DNA of 63,981 nucleotides, counting the filler, from Craspedostauros australis (taxonomy: Eukaryota), in the NCBI GenBank assembly GCA_030167865.1. It is 11 parts of 11 records of this genome, joined end to end, with 100 filler letters (N's around TTAATTAATTAA, not from the genome) between each part and the next. Parts side by side here need not be neighbours in the genome. Positions count along the whole stretch, not along the records: positions 32,121 to 45,884 come from JALAGF010001589.1; positions 45,985 to 48,490 come from JALAGF010001592.1; 9 more parts are not named here. One strand, given 5' to 3'. The notes beneath the pieces are model-generated. The model was not told where the DNA came from and ran no database searches. It saw nothing but the letters and a program-made list of their open reading frames with translations. Shown here piece by piece: positions 34,335 through 46,545 of this stretch. A program made the position numbers and the translations under genes. The first letter of the stretch is position 1. Each line of letters opens with the position of its first letter.

Positions 34335-37300
34335 TTAGTCGCTGCTGGAAACGATTTGCACGATGCCGCGCACCAACCTGTCGACCTGATCATCCGATTC
34401 AGACTTGCCACGGTGCTTTGGATCGCTCCTCTGCATTGTTCCCATCCTTCCCTGCAGAAGGATGGCATCAATCTCATCACGTAGAGAGCGCAACAATGCC
34501 CCCGTCTGAGCCGCCATCTTGATCTCCATCCAACCATCCACCACCACTTTACGATGCAAATGATCGATGGCCACATGGTTGCCGAATAAGATAAGACAGA
34601 ACGGATGGATGAAGCACGTGGTGGAGATGGAAACGCGGTTGGCGGTGCCAAATTTCTCGTGGAAGATCACCCAAAGGTCGCGTGCGGTTTGGAGCTTGCC
34701 GTTGACGGAAGAAGAATGGAAGTACAGCCGCTCGTTGCGTCTGTGCCACATCGTGAAATCCTTCATGGCCGACCCGGGTGCCTTCACCAAGCTCGCGACG
34801 TTGGGGAATAGGCCGGCCGCGACGACGAGGTGGATGACTTCGCGCTGGTGCCCGTACGCATTGAACCGACTTTGGCACAGTTGCGTCTCATCGAACTGCC
34901 TCCGTCCGCGGTTGCCGCTCGCACCGCCGGCTCCCACCTCATCGGCAGGCATGAACAAGCGCCTATCCGCAAAGCCATTCGTGCACAGCAAATCGAGGTA
35001 CTGCTTGCGAGAGTCGCGAATTTCGCGCAGCGCCGAGTAGCTCAGGTAGTTGCTGCGACAGTATGTCCGGCCTGCGTTTTCCGATACGTTGCATGCATCG
35101 CGGAAGCCGTCGTACACGTTGCACAGAGTCAGGAAATCTGAATGCGGGCTCTGCATAGCCTTGTGTCTCATCTTGGCAACATCGGCGTCGTCAATGAATG
35201 TGGTGAACGGAGACTTGGATGACAGCGACGCCGCGATGGTGAGGATTGGATCGAGGCAGTAGAAGAGGGAGCCGAACAGCAGCATCTTCCCCAGCCTCGC
35301 ATCCACGGGTAACTTCGCCAGATGTTCGCCAAGCAACGTGAGGCGCTGGTTCGACGATTCTTCGTCCTCTACGACTGCTCCCACTTCAATTAGGGTGTTG
35401 AGTGCCTTCTGAATTGACTGCACCTCGGGCGGTTGCGGCGCCTGCTGCAGGAATGATACACAATTGGCGGCAAACTTGCTCGCCAGAATGGAAAGACAGA
35501 CCTCTTCCAGCGGCACGCGTCGCAGCTCTGGTTCGCTCTCAGCCTTCATCACATGCTTGGCAGTCCGTGAGGAATACATCTTCAAACATAGTCCAGGTTG
35601 GACACGACCCGCGCGTCCCGCTCTCTGCTTTGCACTGGCCCTGGAGCACCAATCCGTGACCAGGGTTGACGTCGAGGTGCGTTTGTTCTGACGAACTTCG
35701 CGGACACGTCCTGCGTCAATCACACAGACGACGTCTGCGTTTGAAGGAGGGCGCGTACGCGATATTGGAAGATGCGAGGAGGAGGGGAAATTGAGGTGAA
35801 CGAACACAAGAATGAACACGTGAGTGATTTTCAATTGTACGAGTACGTTCGTTTGAAGCATGGGCGAGTACCAACAGCAGTGGCAGCAACAGTTACAACA
35901 GCAGCCATGGTTACAACAGCAGCCATGATAAACCACAAACCCCAGCTTCGCTCTCTGTCGGCTCACCTGGAATCGTGACACTTGTCTCCGCAATATTTGT
36001 GGCCAGAATGACCTTGCGTTGGCCAGGACGGCTGCGTTGGAATGCCCTCTTTTGATCCGCCGATGACAACGTCGAATGGAGTGGGATGATTTGAAATCGA
36101 TCAGCGTTTCCCAATTTGCGGTTGCCTTGTAACCGATCCGTAAGAGCCCGGATTTCACCAAAGCCTGGTAGGAATACCAGAATGGATCCCACTGATATGT
36201 CCGCGCCTTCGGGAGGAAGCAGGAAGGTGTTGTCATCCAATCGAAGCAGCAGCACTTCCAGCACATCCTCAAGGAGGTCATAATTGATGATTTCTTCGTC
36301 GACGCGGTCCATCGATCGCCTTGTGGACATGGCGTAGCCAGGATAGTCTTCCGACACCTCCGGTGTGTCCGATACGATGTCCACAACTTCCTTCCTTTTC
36401 TCCCCTCCACGCACGGTGACATGGAGAGTCGCCTGTTCCGCCTTGCCGTGCAATCCACGCAAAGCATATCGAGAACCCTCGTCGATCATGTGACCTGTCT
36501 GTTCCATGAGATCCTCCAAGTAGTAGCTCGCAACCGGAAATGTGCGACCAGGGACGCTGACCAACGGCGCGTTGTTGAAAAAAGATGAAAACAGCGCGGC
36601 GTTGAGCGTTGCGGACATCAGGATGACCTTCAGATCCGGGCGTGTCGTCCGAAGCATCCGCCGCAATCCAATCAAGAGCACGTCAGTTTGCTGCTGCCTT
36701 TCGTGCACTTCGTCAACAATGACATGCGTCACACTCTTCAGGGACTGATCATCTTGCAATCGTCGCAGCACCACACCGGTGGTGCAAAACAGGAGCCTGG
36801 TGTTCTGGCTCTTTTTGGACTCCATTCGGATCTGATATCCCACCGAATTTCCGAGCCGGTCATTCATCTCGACGGCAACACGTTCGGCGACGGAGAGAGC
36901 AGCGACGCGACGAGGCTGGGTGCAAATGATGTTCACCTTGTCTCCACGACCTTGCAGCAGAGTATCTTCCAAGATGAACTGAGGACATTGCGTCGTTTTT
37001 CCAGCTCCGGTTTCCGCGCACAGAATCGTGACCGGATTAGCTCTGACTGCCCGAAGTATTTCATCACGATAGCCAAACATTGGCAGCTCGTCCCGCACGG
37101 CCTTGATCTCCTTGTACGCCTTCGCCGATTGCCGTTGAACGAATGCCTGCCGCAATTTGTTGCCAAGCGGCGTGATGGGCGATGTTGCCGTCGCGTTGGA
37201 TGGCGAACCACCGGTGTCCCATTCCAGGCGTTCATCGGTCTCCTTGGACTCGCCACCAACAGCTTGTTTATTGCGGTGATAATCTCCGACATGCCCATCG

Positions 37301-39324
37301 TCATCCCAATCGCCGAGGTCATCATCGCTGTCGGCGTTTTTGTGTTTCGCGTCGTCTTTATCGGCGCTACCCCTTTCTTCATCACGTTCCGTTTGCATTG
37401 GAGAATCTGCGGAAGACTGCTGCTGCTTCTGACCTTTGACTGTCGCCGCCACGCCGTGGTGGCGCCGAATCAGCGCAAGGACGCTATCGAATTTGGACTG
37501 CTCGGATTCTTTGCGCTCGTTCTGTTCGGCGTCCTTCGCTTCTTGCTTGCTGGATACCCATGAGAGCCACAGGTCCCGGAACACGGGCGGCAGCACACGG
37601 TAGAGTGGAAGCGCCGGATCCAGCGCATACAACGCCTCCGTGGCAAGGAAGGCACGGGCGTCGCCGGAGAAATGAAAGGAATCCATTTGAAATGACAGCG
37701 TATCCGTCTTGCGCTTGCTCTTTTGAACAGTGAGACGTTGCCCTTCGGTACGCGCAATCCTGTGGAACTTGGGTCGCGGCAGCTTCCGTTTTTGCAGCCA
37801 CTCCTCCAAGATCTTTTGCGGTGTCGTACCCGTCCACGATTTGGGTATCGAATAGTCTGTCACTTTTGAAAATCGCCCATTCTCAACCATCACATCAGCA
37901 TCAATGTTCGATGTCGTAGTTTCTTGAACTGATGTGGGCGCTGCCTCCGCTTCGGCTTCTTCGAACATACCAAAGAGTCCGCCACCGCCATCATCGTCGT
38001 CGTCGTCATCGTCGTGAGCGTTGTTACCACTGGCATCACCTCCGTCTGATAGCCCTGCTGTTGTCGCTTTCTGATCTTGCGGATCGGCTTGATCTGTACC
38101 ACCTTCCGTCGCATCATTCGCCGCTGCCTGCCTCGCCTTCGTCTTTGCGACTTTGCGTTCAATTCCCGATATCTGCTGGTTCAACTTCTTGACCTTCATT
38201 TTCAATTGCTTCGTTTGCAGCTTGCTGCGCATGTAGCCGTTGGCTTCATTATTGAGATCCTCCGAAGCCTCGCGGAGCTGGGATTGTAAGAGTTCCAACC
38301 GCTGCTCTTCGATGGACTTGCCATTCTCGACGGCGTTGCTTGTGCCATCGCTCGGCTTGGCATCGGTTGCATCTTGGGGTGATGATTCTTGTGTCTGCTG
38401 TTGCTGGGGAGTTTCACCATCTTGCGTAGAGTCGTTGGTATCATGAGATGCATCTTGTACTGGTTGCTTGTTCTCCATGCCCACATCTACTTGTGCATCT
38501 GCGCCATCCATGGCATCCTTCTGCTCCTCATCTTCGTCATCATCCTCGACGTACGCATACTGCGCGAGGATCCATGCCTTGCTCGAGGCATTGTGGCTGC
38601 CGGCAGCTGTCTCTTCCGTGCCAGATGGAGTTGGTTCATTGAGACCAGAACCGGACTCATCCTGGTGCCGCTGATTCTTCTTTTCGGAATTGTACACCAT
38701 GTGGGGCTGCAGCACGGGATCTTTCGTTGCTTCGGACGACCGTGTTGCATTGCCATCATCATCATCATTATCGGTGCCCGGCACATACACGGGCACGACG
38801 ACATCGATGCTGGACGACCCCGCTTCTTGCGCGGAACCCTGCCGCACGCCACCTTCCGTCAGGATCGGCGGCAGATCCTGCGTCGGCGAATGGAGACAGA
38901 ACCAATCCAAGGCCGCCACGATGTCCATGCGGTATCCCAACGCGACCGCCACATCCTCGATCTGCGATTGCCGGAATCCCACCTCCTGCAGGCGCACCAT
39001 GGTCTTTTGCAGCTTGGATTCGAAGCGATCGGCGCTGATGATGGCAGCAGCAGCAGGCACGTTGCGGTCCAAGGCGGCCAGCAGCTTCACGATCTCGTCG
39101 TGCGTCTTGCGCTTGAGGTCGATGGATGCCATCGGCGGCATGGCGGCATTGCGAAACGATGGGTTCTTCTTGTTGGTCGTGGCCATGCCGTTGCTCTTCT
39201 TTGATGCCGTGGCGGCCTTTGAAGCGGACGACGACGCAGTGGCAGGTGGTCCTGCAGGCTTGGCTCTCTGACCATACCCTCGGGCATCATTGCGCTTCGA
39301 CTTCGACTTCTTCTTCTTGGCCAT
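34335..39324 (-). CDS. DHX29: DExH-box RNA helicase, DHX29/DHX57 subfamily (exons 39324-35967 and 35734-34335)
   Basis: AETGAGKTTQ, TQPRRVAA, DEVHER, MSAT, ATNIAETSVTIP|DVVCVID and QRAGRAGR, plus HA2/OB-like C-terminus, N-terminal UBA-like (ALDWFCLH) and WTG.TP..IL.EW segments. The intron at 35966-35735 is in frame (G|AC = Asp). Confidence 0.9.
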
Positions 39325-39906
39325 TGCGAATGCACTCGTCTGTGTTATGCGTGAGCATGTGAGAGTGGTTGCTGTTGCAGTTGATCCAGCGACTACAGTC
39401 CCAATGCGAGTGCTTGTACGTGTTTAATGTATTATATGCTGCAGAAGATCGTTGACCTTGGACTGTGAAGATGTGAAAGCACGCAATCATTCCAGGATTG
39501 GTTGATGGAGTCAACAGAACAGATCAATTGCGTGGGAAAACACAGTCTTGCGTATCTTGGAAGTACGCTCGTATTCGACTCCTCTGACCACCGCCTCGCC
39601 ATGTTTTCGTATCTCCCGATGCTACCATGCGCCACATCCCATTTACATGATCGTCGGGACGACTCCGTTACATATAATAATACGCATGATATCAGGACAA
39701 GCGTATCGTGACAGGCAATGTGCTACATACAATAGTATCGTTGCATGATGCTATGTAACATTGTGTGCTATTTGTACTTTGCGCCGGAGATTGGTTGACT
39801 GGACAGACAGGCAGATCGATGAATCGATCAATCCTCATTCTATTCCATTCAATCGCCATGCCATTGCTATTCCGCTGACATTCCACCAATGAGCGAAAAA
39901 GTGAAT

Positions 39907-41647
39907 TCAAGAAAAGTCGCGATCGGGAAAGAGCCTGGGAGCGACCAACGTCCAAGTGTAAAGACCGATGGCCAACCATTGCGAGACGCCGAGGATGGCC
40001 ATGTTGACTCTTCCGACGGTGGGATTGGCGGCGTTCATGTTCTCATCCAGCGCACCCTCCAGCGTGCCCCAACCCGTAAGGATCATGGCGACGTAGCAGC
40101 TGATCAAAGCCATGACGACGTTGAGCTTCCATATGTGCGGGCCGATGCCGTTGGACATGTCATCGCTGCCGTTCGTCTGCGTCACCAGACCGGTGGTTGG
40201 CTGATCGTCGGGATCGATGAAGGGCACGTCGAGGTTCAGGTTGCCGTCGGTCTGATTTCCGATGGTTCCGGGTGCGACGGCCTTGGCGGATTGGACGGAC
40301 TCAACGCTGAGACGCTCTTCCGCCGTCCAGCTCCATCCAGTCCAGATCAAACTGAGCACCGTGAGGAACAGGCCGATGATGATGCCCCAGACGTCGTTGT
40401 GGCCGAGGCGCGGGTTGCAGGTCCCGTTGGGGTTCTTGGAGACGATGCTGAAGCACAGGTAGGTGGCGTACAGGCTGATGACGGAGCTGGTGAGGAGGCT
40501 GCCTTCCGTCCCCGACAGCTGGAGGGCTGTCATGGCGATGATCCCGAGCAAGGTGAGGGTGATGACCCACGTGTTCTCGGGACAATCGTCGAACCACTTG
40601 TACAAGAAGCCGATCATGATGATGGCGGCGGAATAGCACGCGACGCAGGTCGCGATGACGGCCTGCAACCATCCGCTGCCCTCCCCGAAGGAGATGCGGT
40701 CGGCCTCGTTGGCGCGCTCCACCCAATCGTCGTTCCAGTTGTACGCGATGTCGATCAGGATGACCTGCTGCAGCACCACGAAACCCGCCGCGCCAAACCT
40801 GGCGAACCAGAGGTAGATTTGGGAGAACAGGGGATCGGACGGGATGAACATGCAGACGAGCATGGAGAAGAAGAAGATGCAGTACTTCGCTGGCCAGGCC
40901 TCGCGGTTGAGGGATGGCACCACCCCGGAGGCGATGGCGAAGAGCGAAAAGAAGAGCGTGGAGAGGAACATCGGACGGTAGACACCCGCATTTCCCGCGC
41001 ACTGCTCAATCAGCTTGATCTCCGTCTCGGGATCGTACTGATCGCAGGGATCATACCACGCGCTGTACACCATCTTGCCGGTGCCTGGGATCAACGAGTA
41101 GAGCTTCCAGGCCCAGCCGCTGCGGCGCACGATCGATGGTCCCACATGATACTGGAACCAGAGCGCCAGGATGATGGCCACGCTGAGAAGCAGCACGGAT
41201 CGCTTGCGTCCGGTTGTGCCTGGTGCTGTTGTGCCGAAGCAGGACTGGCACAGGCTCCCAGCTGCTGTGAAGCAGCAGTAAGTGAGGCCCATAGATATGA
41301 CTTGACCCTAGGTTGGCGTGAATGTCACATCAGGTTGGAGTAATCGTACATATTGTATATGCACGAGCATGTTGGTTGGGTGGAGCGCGGCAGGAATGGG
41401 TGTCGTAGTAGTAGTAGTAGTAGTAGCAGTGGAAGAAGCAGCAGCATGATGATGATGATGATGAGCAGAGAAGAAGCACAAGCACAAGCAAAAGAACGAG
41501 CAAAAGAACGAAAAGGACGGCCACCCGAAGTCGTGCCAAACCAATACCTGCAACAGCGCGATACTGATGACGACGACTACGGCGATGATGCCATCGACAA
41601 CCACAGCAGCAACAGCAACTACAGCTTCAACTGCATCCACTTACCAT
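39907..41647 (-). CDS. SERINC: Serinc/TDE (serine incorporator) membrane protein (ATG-only exon 41647-41645, then 41307-39907)
   Basis: QQVILIDIAYNWNDDW, GSLLTSSVISLYATYLCFSIVS.NP, YVAMILTGW and LYTWTLVAPRLFPDRDFS. ATG|GTAAGT donor at 41644 and CCTAG|GGT acceptor at 41308 give MGQVISMGLTYCC. Confidence 0.92.
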
Positions 41648-42320
41648 CTTGCTTGCTTTCCTCTATTCTTCTTGTTGTTGCTTTGGGTTCGATCGCTTCG
41701 GCGCTCGTATTTGTATTGCTGTGGCTATCCCCGTGCGGATGCTGTCTCTCGCTTTTGTGGCTTCGTGCATCAACGCGTTGCTTCGATTTCGTTCTCCGTC
41801 TCCTCCATCATCGTCGCGGACATCCGCAACAAAAGTACCAGCAAACAGCGAAGGAGACTTCGGTCCCGCCGCGCACTTTTGAGTGTCTTTGGTCGTGCGG
41901 AATTTCGCTTCGAATGACATCCATAATTTAGGTCTGACTCAGTACCTTGGACTGTGTTGTCGACTCGGTCGAGTGCACAGTATCTTGCTGTCAAGGTATC
42001 TTCGCGGAGAAGGGCAAACATCCTTTCATGTTGGTTGCGACAAGAGGATGCGCCGAAAGCAAGAAGAGCAAGGCTGTCGGAATGTTGCTTGCGCAACAAC
42101 ACTCGCACAAGTACGTGCACGAGCTACTATGGAGAGATGTGCCATCACCGATCTACTGATGGTGTTGGACGAGGATGCAGGCAATGGTGCTACACGTCAT
42201 TCGAACCTGTGTACCAAGGGTGCAACCCACGAGGAGTCTCGCATGTGATCTTCTGTGCCGGTGGCTCCTCCCATTGCAGGCGATGCTGCAAAGGACTTGC
42301 CGGAGAAGGGAGGCCACAAT

Positions 42321-43022
42321 CTCCAACAGTTCGCGTGCGCTTTCTCCGCCTTGATTCGCGACGTGGATCATAACGGCGTGCCGAATGCGCAGCTAGTCAA
42401 GGAGAAGGTCCGCGTCGCAATCATCTATGGGACCGATCCGTGGCAGAACAGAAGTCGCTGGTGCTGTTCTGGGATCTGTTCATGATGGATGAGTACCAGG
42501 ATCTCAGGGAATGCATCTGCCATCGAACTCAAGCGCTTCCGCGAGCTCGTGGTGGACAGCGTGATGGCGACGAACATTGTGGACAAGGAGCTGCGGAACG
42601 GACGTTGGAACAAGGCCTTCGACAAGAAGCACGAAGAGTCGGCGAGGGAGGCGACCAACCGCAAGGCCACCATCATCATCGAGCATCTGATCCAGGCCAG
42701 CGACGTGTCGCATACCATGCAGCATTGGCACGTCTGCCGCAAGTGGAACGCGCTTTTCTACCGAGAATGCTACTACCGCGCCTTCAAGAACGGACGGTCC
42801 GAGAACAATCCCGTCGGTGGGTGGTACAAGGGCGAGATGGGATTCTTCGACTTTTACATCATGTTGTTGGCGAGGAAGCTGAAGGATTGCGGCGTGTTCG
42901 GCAAGTCCAGCGATGAGTACCTCAACTACGCGCTGGCCAATCGCAAGGAGTGGGAACGCCGAGGGGAGGCCGTTGTGGACGACATGATCCGTGCCTTCGA
43001 AAAGGAGGAAAGCGAGAAGTGA
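42321..43022 (+). pseudogene. Frameshifted C-terminal fragment of a class I cyclic-nucleotide phosphodiesterase-like domain (diatom guanylate cyclase-PDE family)
   Basis: The three pieces FSALIRDVDHNGVPNAQLVKE / RSVAEQKS...W.L.M...Y.DLRECIC / ELKRFRELVVDSVMAT...IEHLIQASDVSHTMQHW...WYKGEMGFFDFYI..LARKLKDCGVFG.SSDEYLNYA lie in three different frames. No upstream domains are visible. Confidence 0.85.
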
Positions 43023-43748
43023 GACAGAGCAAGCGCGAATGAATGTTGTGTGTGTGTTCATTTGGTAGATGGAGCATGCGATGGGTCGATGGGTCGTGCA
43101 CTGCTGCCTTGTCCGCTGTGCCATGATCAGAGGGTCTTGGTTGTCCACATTTCAAACATGCACTTCCGCAAATGTAGCGTATACTAGTTGTGCATGTAGA
43201 GTTGATCGCTTGCGTCTTGTGGACTCTTGTCCTCCAGCAGATTCGTGCTCTTGCTCGTGTTTGTGCCTCGATTGACGGAGCAGACACATGGATAGAGCAG
43301 TTGAGGAGGATACGATCTTGCCAAACATATCACACTTGAATATCTGTGTTGCAGTTGAATCAAAAGTATAATATCTACTCTATGGACAGAATTATTGTGT
43401 AGCTGTAGGTGGCATGGTCGGATCGAACGACTGATGGTCTGGGAAGAGAATAGTCGTCCCCGTGGCGTGCTGGCATCTGCCGTCCACCCCCGGTCTTCCA
43501 AAACTGAGCCTGGTAGGTGGATGAATGCTGTCACCTCGCGCAAAAGTGCTATTGGGTGGGAAGGGTATCTTCGACCGGATGCAATGTTATCGGCTGCTTT
43601 CGCCTGCGCGATGATGGCCGTCCCAAGCGTCAGACGTGGACATCCGTTGCTCACATGTCGTTGCCGTCGTGACAGGCTCTTCATGAACCGCCCGAAACGA
43701 CAAGCATGTGCGACATCATGGCATGGCATCAAATGTAGCCATCCCCCT

Positions 43749-44105
43749 TCACGCTGCATGCAGCGACTTCGCCGCCAGCTTGTGAGTGTTGACGAAGGTC
43801 TCCGCCTCCGCCCGCATGGTCTGCAGTTCGTCCTTCGTGTACCACATGCTCTCGATCTCGCGTTGCGTGCAATCATTGAGATGATCCGTGCACACCATGC
43901 CGACCTTGCGCGAGAACGTCACATGGTGCGTGTGCTCGTCCTCCGGACTCTGGGCTTCAGTGGTAGATGCAGATCCTGCTTCATGCCCGCCATGCCCATC
44001 ATGCCCATCATGACCATGGTGGTCTGTACTGTAGCCATCGGTGTCGCCGGATCTCCACAGGCTGTGCGCTTGTGCGACGATCGGTGATAGCAGGGATTGA
44101 AGCAT
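43749..44105 (-). CDS. Small protein with the diatom-type motif V.FS..V.....HLND.T..EI...WY...E
   Basis: A C/A-rich leader precedes the ATG at 44105, with a His/Gly-rich stretch in the ORF. The gene may have further exons. Confidence 0.5.
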   Translation of the reverse strand: MLQSLLSPIVAQAHSLWRSGDTDGYSTDHHGHDGHDGHGGHEAGSASTTEAQSPEDEHTHHVTFSRKVGMVCTDHLNDCTQREIESMWYTKDELQTMRAEAETFVNTHKLAAKSLHAA

Positions 44106-44126
44106 GTTGGTTGTTAACGAGATTGC

Positions 44127-44170
44127 TTTGGTGGTGCTTTGATGGTGCTTTGATGGTGCTTTGATGGTGT
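44127..44170. repeat. 11-bp tandem repeat (TTTGATGGTGC)
   Basis: About four visible units. Confidence 0.75.
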
Positions 44171-45076
44171 TTTATGGAGCTTGATGGTTGATTTTGTGGG
44201 TCTGGCTGGGATTGTGTGGAGTGTGCTTGATCTCGATGACCGAAGTCGCTGCTTTGCTGTGTGCGTTTGCTACTCGTGCTTGTTGGAACTCGAGTGCTGG
44301 CGAGGGATTGTATGGTAGAGTACAGTCGAGTAGAATTGGGTAAATGGAAAGTTAGTGCTGCCAGTACCGCGACGGTTCCTTCCATGTGCGATGCCTCTCT
44401 CTTGTGTTGGTTGCTCCTCTCTCGTACGAACCTGCCGTTTGGATTGGTTTGGATTGGTTTGGATTGAATTAGAGTGGAATAGTGGTGTGGATTGGATTTG
44501 TTTGGTGCAGATTGGGTTGTGAGTCAGAGCGGGGCAGCGTGCATCACACACACGTCTCGTCGTCGAACAATGGTGTCATCTTGCGCCGTGGTTGGTCTGC
44601 GCATTTGCTGTGTTCTGTCTTCGATGAAAGGCGCTGCCACGTTGTCATACGGGGTGGTTATCGCGTTGCCGCAGTCCCCACGGCACATCCGGCGATGTTC
44701 CGCGTCCAACTTCCGTCTTCGAAAGAAAGAGAACGCTGTACGCAAAAGTGTGTGGCCGAGTTCTCAGGATGAAACGGCATTCGGTGCGTTGGTACTTAAC
44801 GACACCTCTTATCGTGTGCGTTGACGTGGCACGAAACTGCTGCCCAGTGTCACCGGAGTATCACTCCGAATACCGGAGAATCGGACGAACAGTTGCATTG
44901 AGCTCAAATCGACTGATTCGACCACATTAAGTGCCGATTGGGTTTTTTGTTTTTGCCCGAAATTGGATCGTGTGTGTGTTCGGCCTGTGTGATGTGAGGG
45001 ATCGCATCCTCGTCGAAGTCACAGAGAAGGACATCACCTGTTGACGCACATTTTTGTCGTCGTTTCTGGTTGTTAG

Positions 45077-45452
45077 TAGAGGGATATCGCATTTCACATT
45101 CACACCCCTCCATTCATGTCACATGTGGCACTCACGTTCGGATTTCACATTGGTACTCATGACTCGTTCGTGACTAATGTAGAAAGACGACCAACATGAC
45201 TGGATCGGGTTCTCTTCTGTAGAATAGAGTTCGAGTTTAGACTGATATTATCTGAATGCTTCGTTGCAGGTTATCGCATCACTTGTTGAGACAAAAGGAT
45301 GGTAGGATCGTTAATGGGTGTGCTCTGAGTTTTACGCAACACACATTCCTCTTTCTCCTCTTAGGAGTTTCGTGTTGTGAGAGGTTCGTTGCCATCTCTT
45401 CTGTCTCAACTTTGCCACCAACAGAGGTCCGGCAACAGATGCGCAAGCACTT
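45077..45452 (+). mobile_element. Dispersed repeat / DNA transposon end (copy B), possibly continuing to 45884 across the internal N run
   Basis: Near-identical to 51106-51480 and to the reverse complement of 1-287. Confidence 0.82.
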
Positions 45453-45984
45453 NNNNNNNNNNNNNNNNNNNNNNNNNNNNNNNNNNNNNNNNNNNNNNNN
45501 NNNNNNNNNNNNNNNNNNNNNNNNNNNNNNNNNNNNNNNNNNNNNNNNNNNNNNNNNNNNNNNNNNNNNNNNNNNNNNNNNNNNNNNNNNNNNNNNNNNN
45601 NNNNNNNNNNNNNNNNNNNNNNNNNNNNNNNNNNNNNNNNNNNTCAGGATCTCCAAAGGATGCAAAATGTCCGTTGGTCGAAGTCCCTGGTCGTATCTGA
45701 CTACACTAATCCTCAGAGCATCAGGAACACGCCGCGGATGTTGCATCGGGTGAAAAATAGGATATGAGCAAAGATTCCTCAGCTGGATCATGAAGGGGGG
45801 CTTTGATACTTGCGCGCAGATATCATATGTGAAGCTTACAGGCATATTCGACATCGTAATCGCTCTCTATCGCTCCATGCACCTNNNNNNNNNNNNNNNN
45901 NNNNNNNNNNNNNNNNNNNNNNNNNNNNTTAATTAATTAANNNNNNNNNNNNNNNNNNNNNNNNNNNNNNNNNNNNNNNNNNNN

Positions 45985-46419
45985 TGACGCACCTTCTTCA
46001 GAGGACAGCACACGCCCCTCCTACGGACAAGAACATCCGCAGGTTTGGAACATCAGAAAGGATCAGAACATCCGCAGGTTTGGAACATCACCAAAGGAGA
46101 CATCGGGTATGAGACAATGGCGTCATGAAGATCAACGAAGGAAACATGAGACAGGCAAGTGCTCAGGGCTGCAGATCCCTACCATGCAAACGTAGACAGC
46201 TACAGCAACGCAGAGGCAAAGAAGCAAGAACAGAGCATGATGAATGAAGAGGGAAGCACCTAAGAGACAACAGGATGCCCCGTGTCGTTACCGCNACAGA
46301 TGCCTGTCAAGAAAACGAAATCNGAAGAGAAAGTGAGATTGTGCTCACAGTTCTAAAACGGTACAGTTTCTAACAGCAGATTAGAATTTAGTACTAACTA
46401 TAACCCCGGATTTCCAACA
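45985..46419 (+). mobile_element. 3' portion of an LTR ending ...CGGATTTCCAACA
   Basis: Shares a 28-bp identical block (46339-46366 = 50281-50308) and the terminal ACTATAAC..CGGATTTCCAACA with 50078-50353, with a CA terminus. Contains a 26-bp direct repeat at 46030 and 46065. Confidence 0.7.
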
Positions 46420-46545
46420 TTGGTCCTGCCAGTGGGTAGTGACGATGATGATGGTGCTGGCAAAGCCAGGTCTGCAGAGGTGAAGGTGTTGAGCAGGAAG
46501 AGGCGAATAGAAGCCGGATGAGATTCATCACACTTCAACACTACT
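46420..46545 (+). pseudogene. 3'-end remnant of a paralogue of the 15425-17659 ankyrin gene
   Basis: CTGCAGAGGTGAAGGTGTTGAGCAGGAAGAGGCGAAT and GAAGCCGGATGAGATTC..C.CACTTCAACA match the reverse complement of ~15360-15550 (DDDD..K...AEVKVLSRKRRI and 3'UTR), with an internal deletion. Confidence 0.75.

Noticed and set aside
27155..41647. A 'serine' functional cluster of SerRS plus Serinc
   Set aside because: The functions are unrelated despite the names, and the genes are separated by other genes and an unsized gap.
46420..46436. TGGTCC... after the LTR as a primer-binding site
   Set aside because: It aligns with the ankyrin gene sequence (TGATTCTGCCA), and no gag follows, so it is better read as insertion flank.
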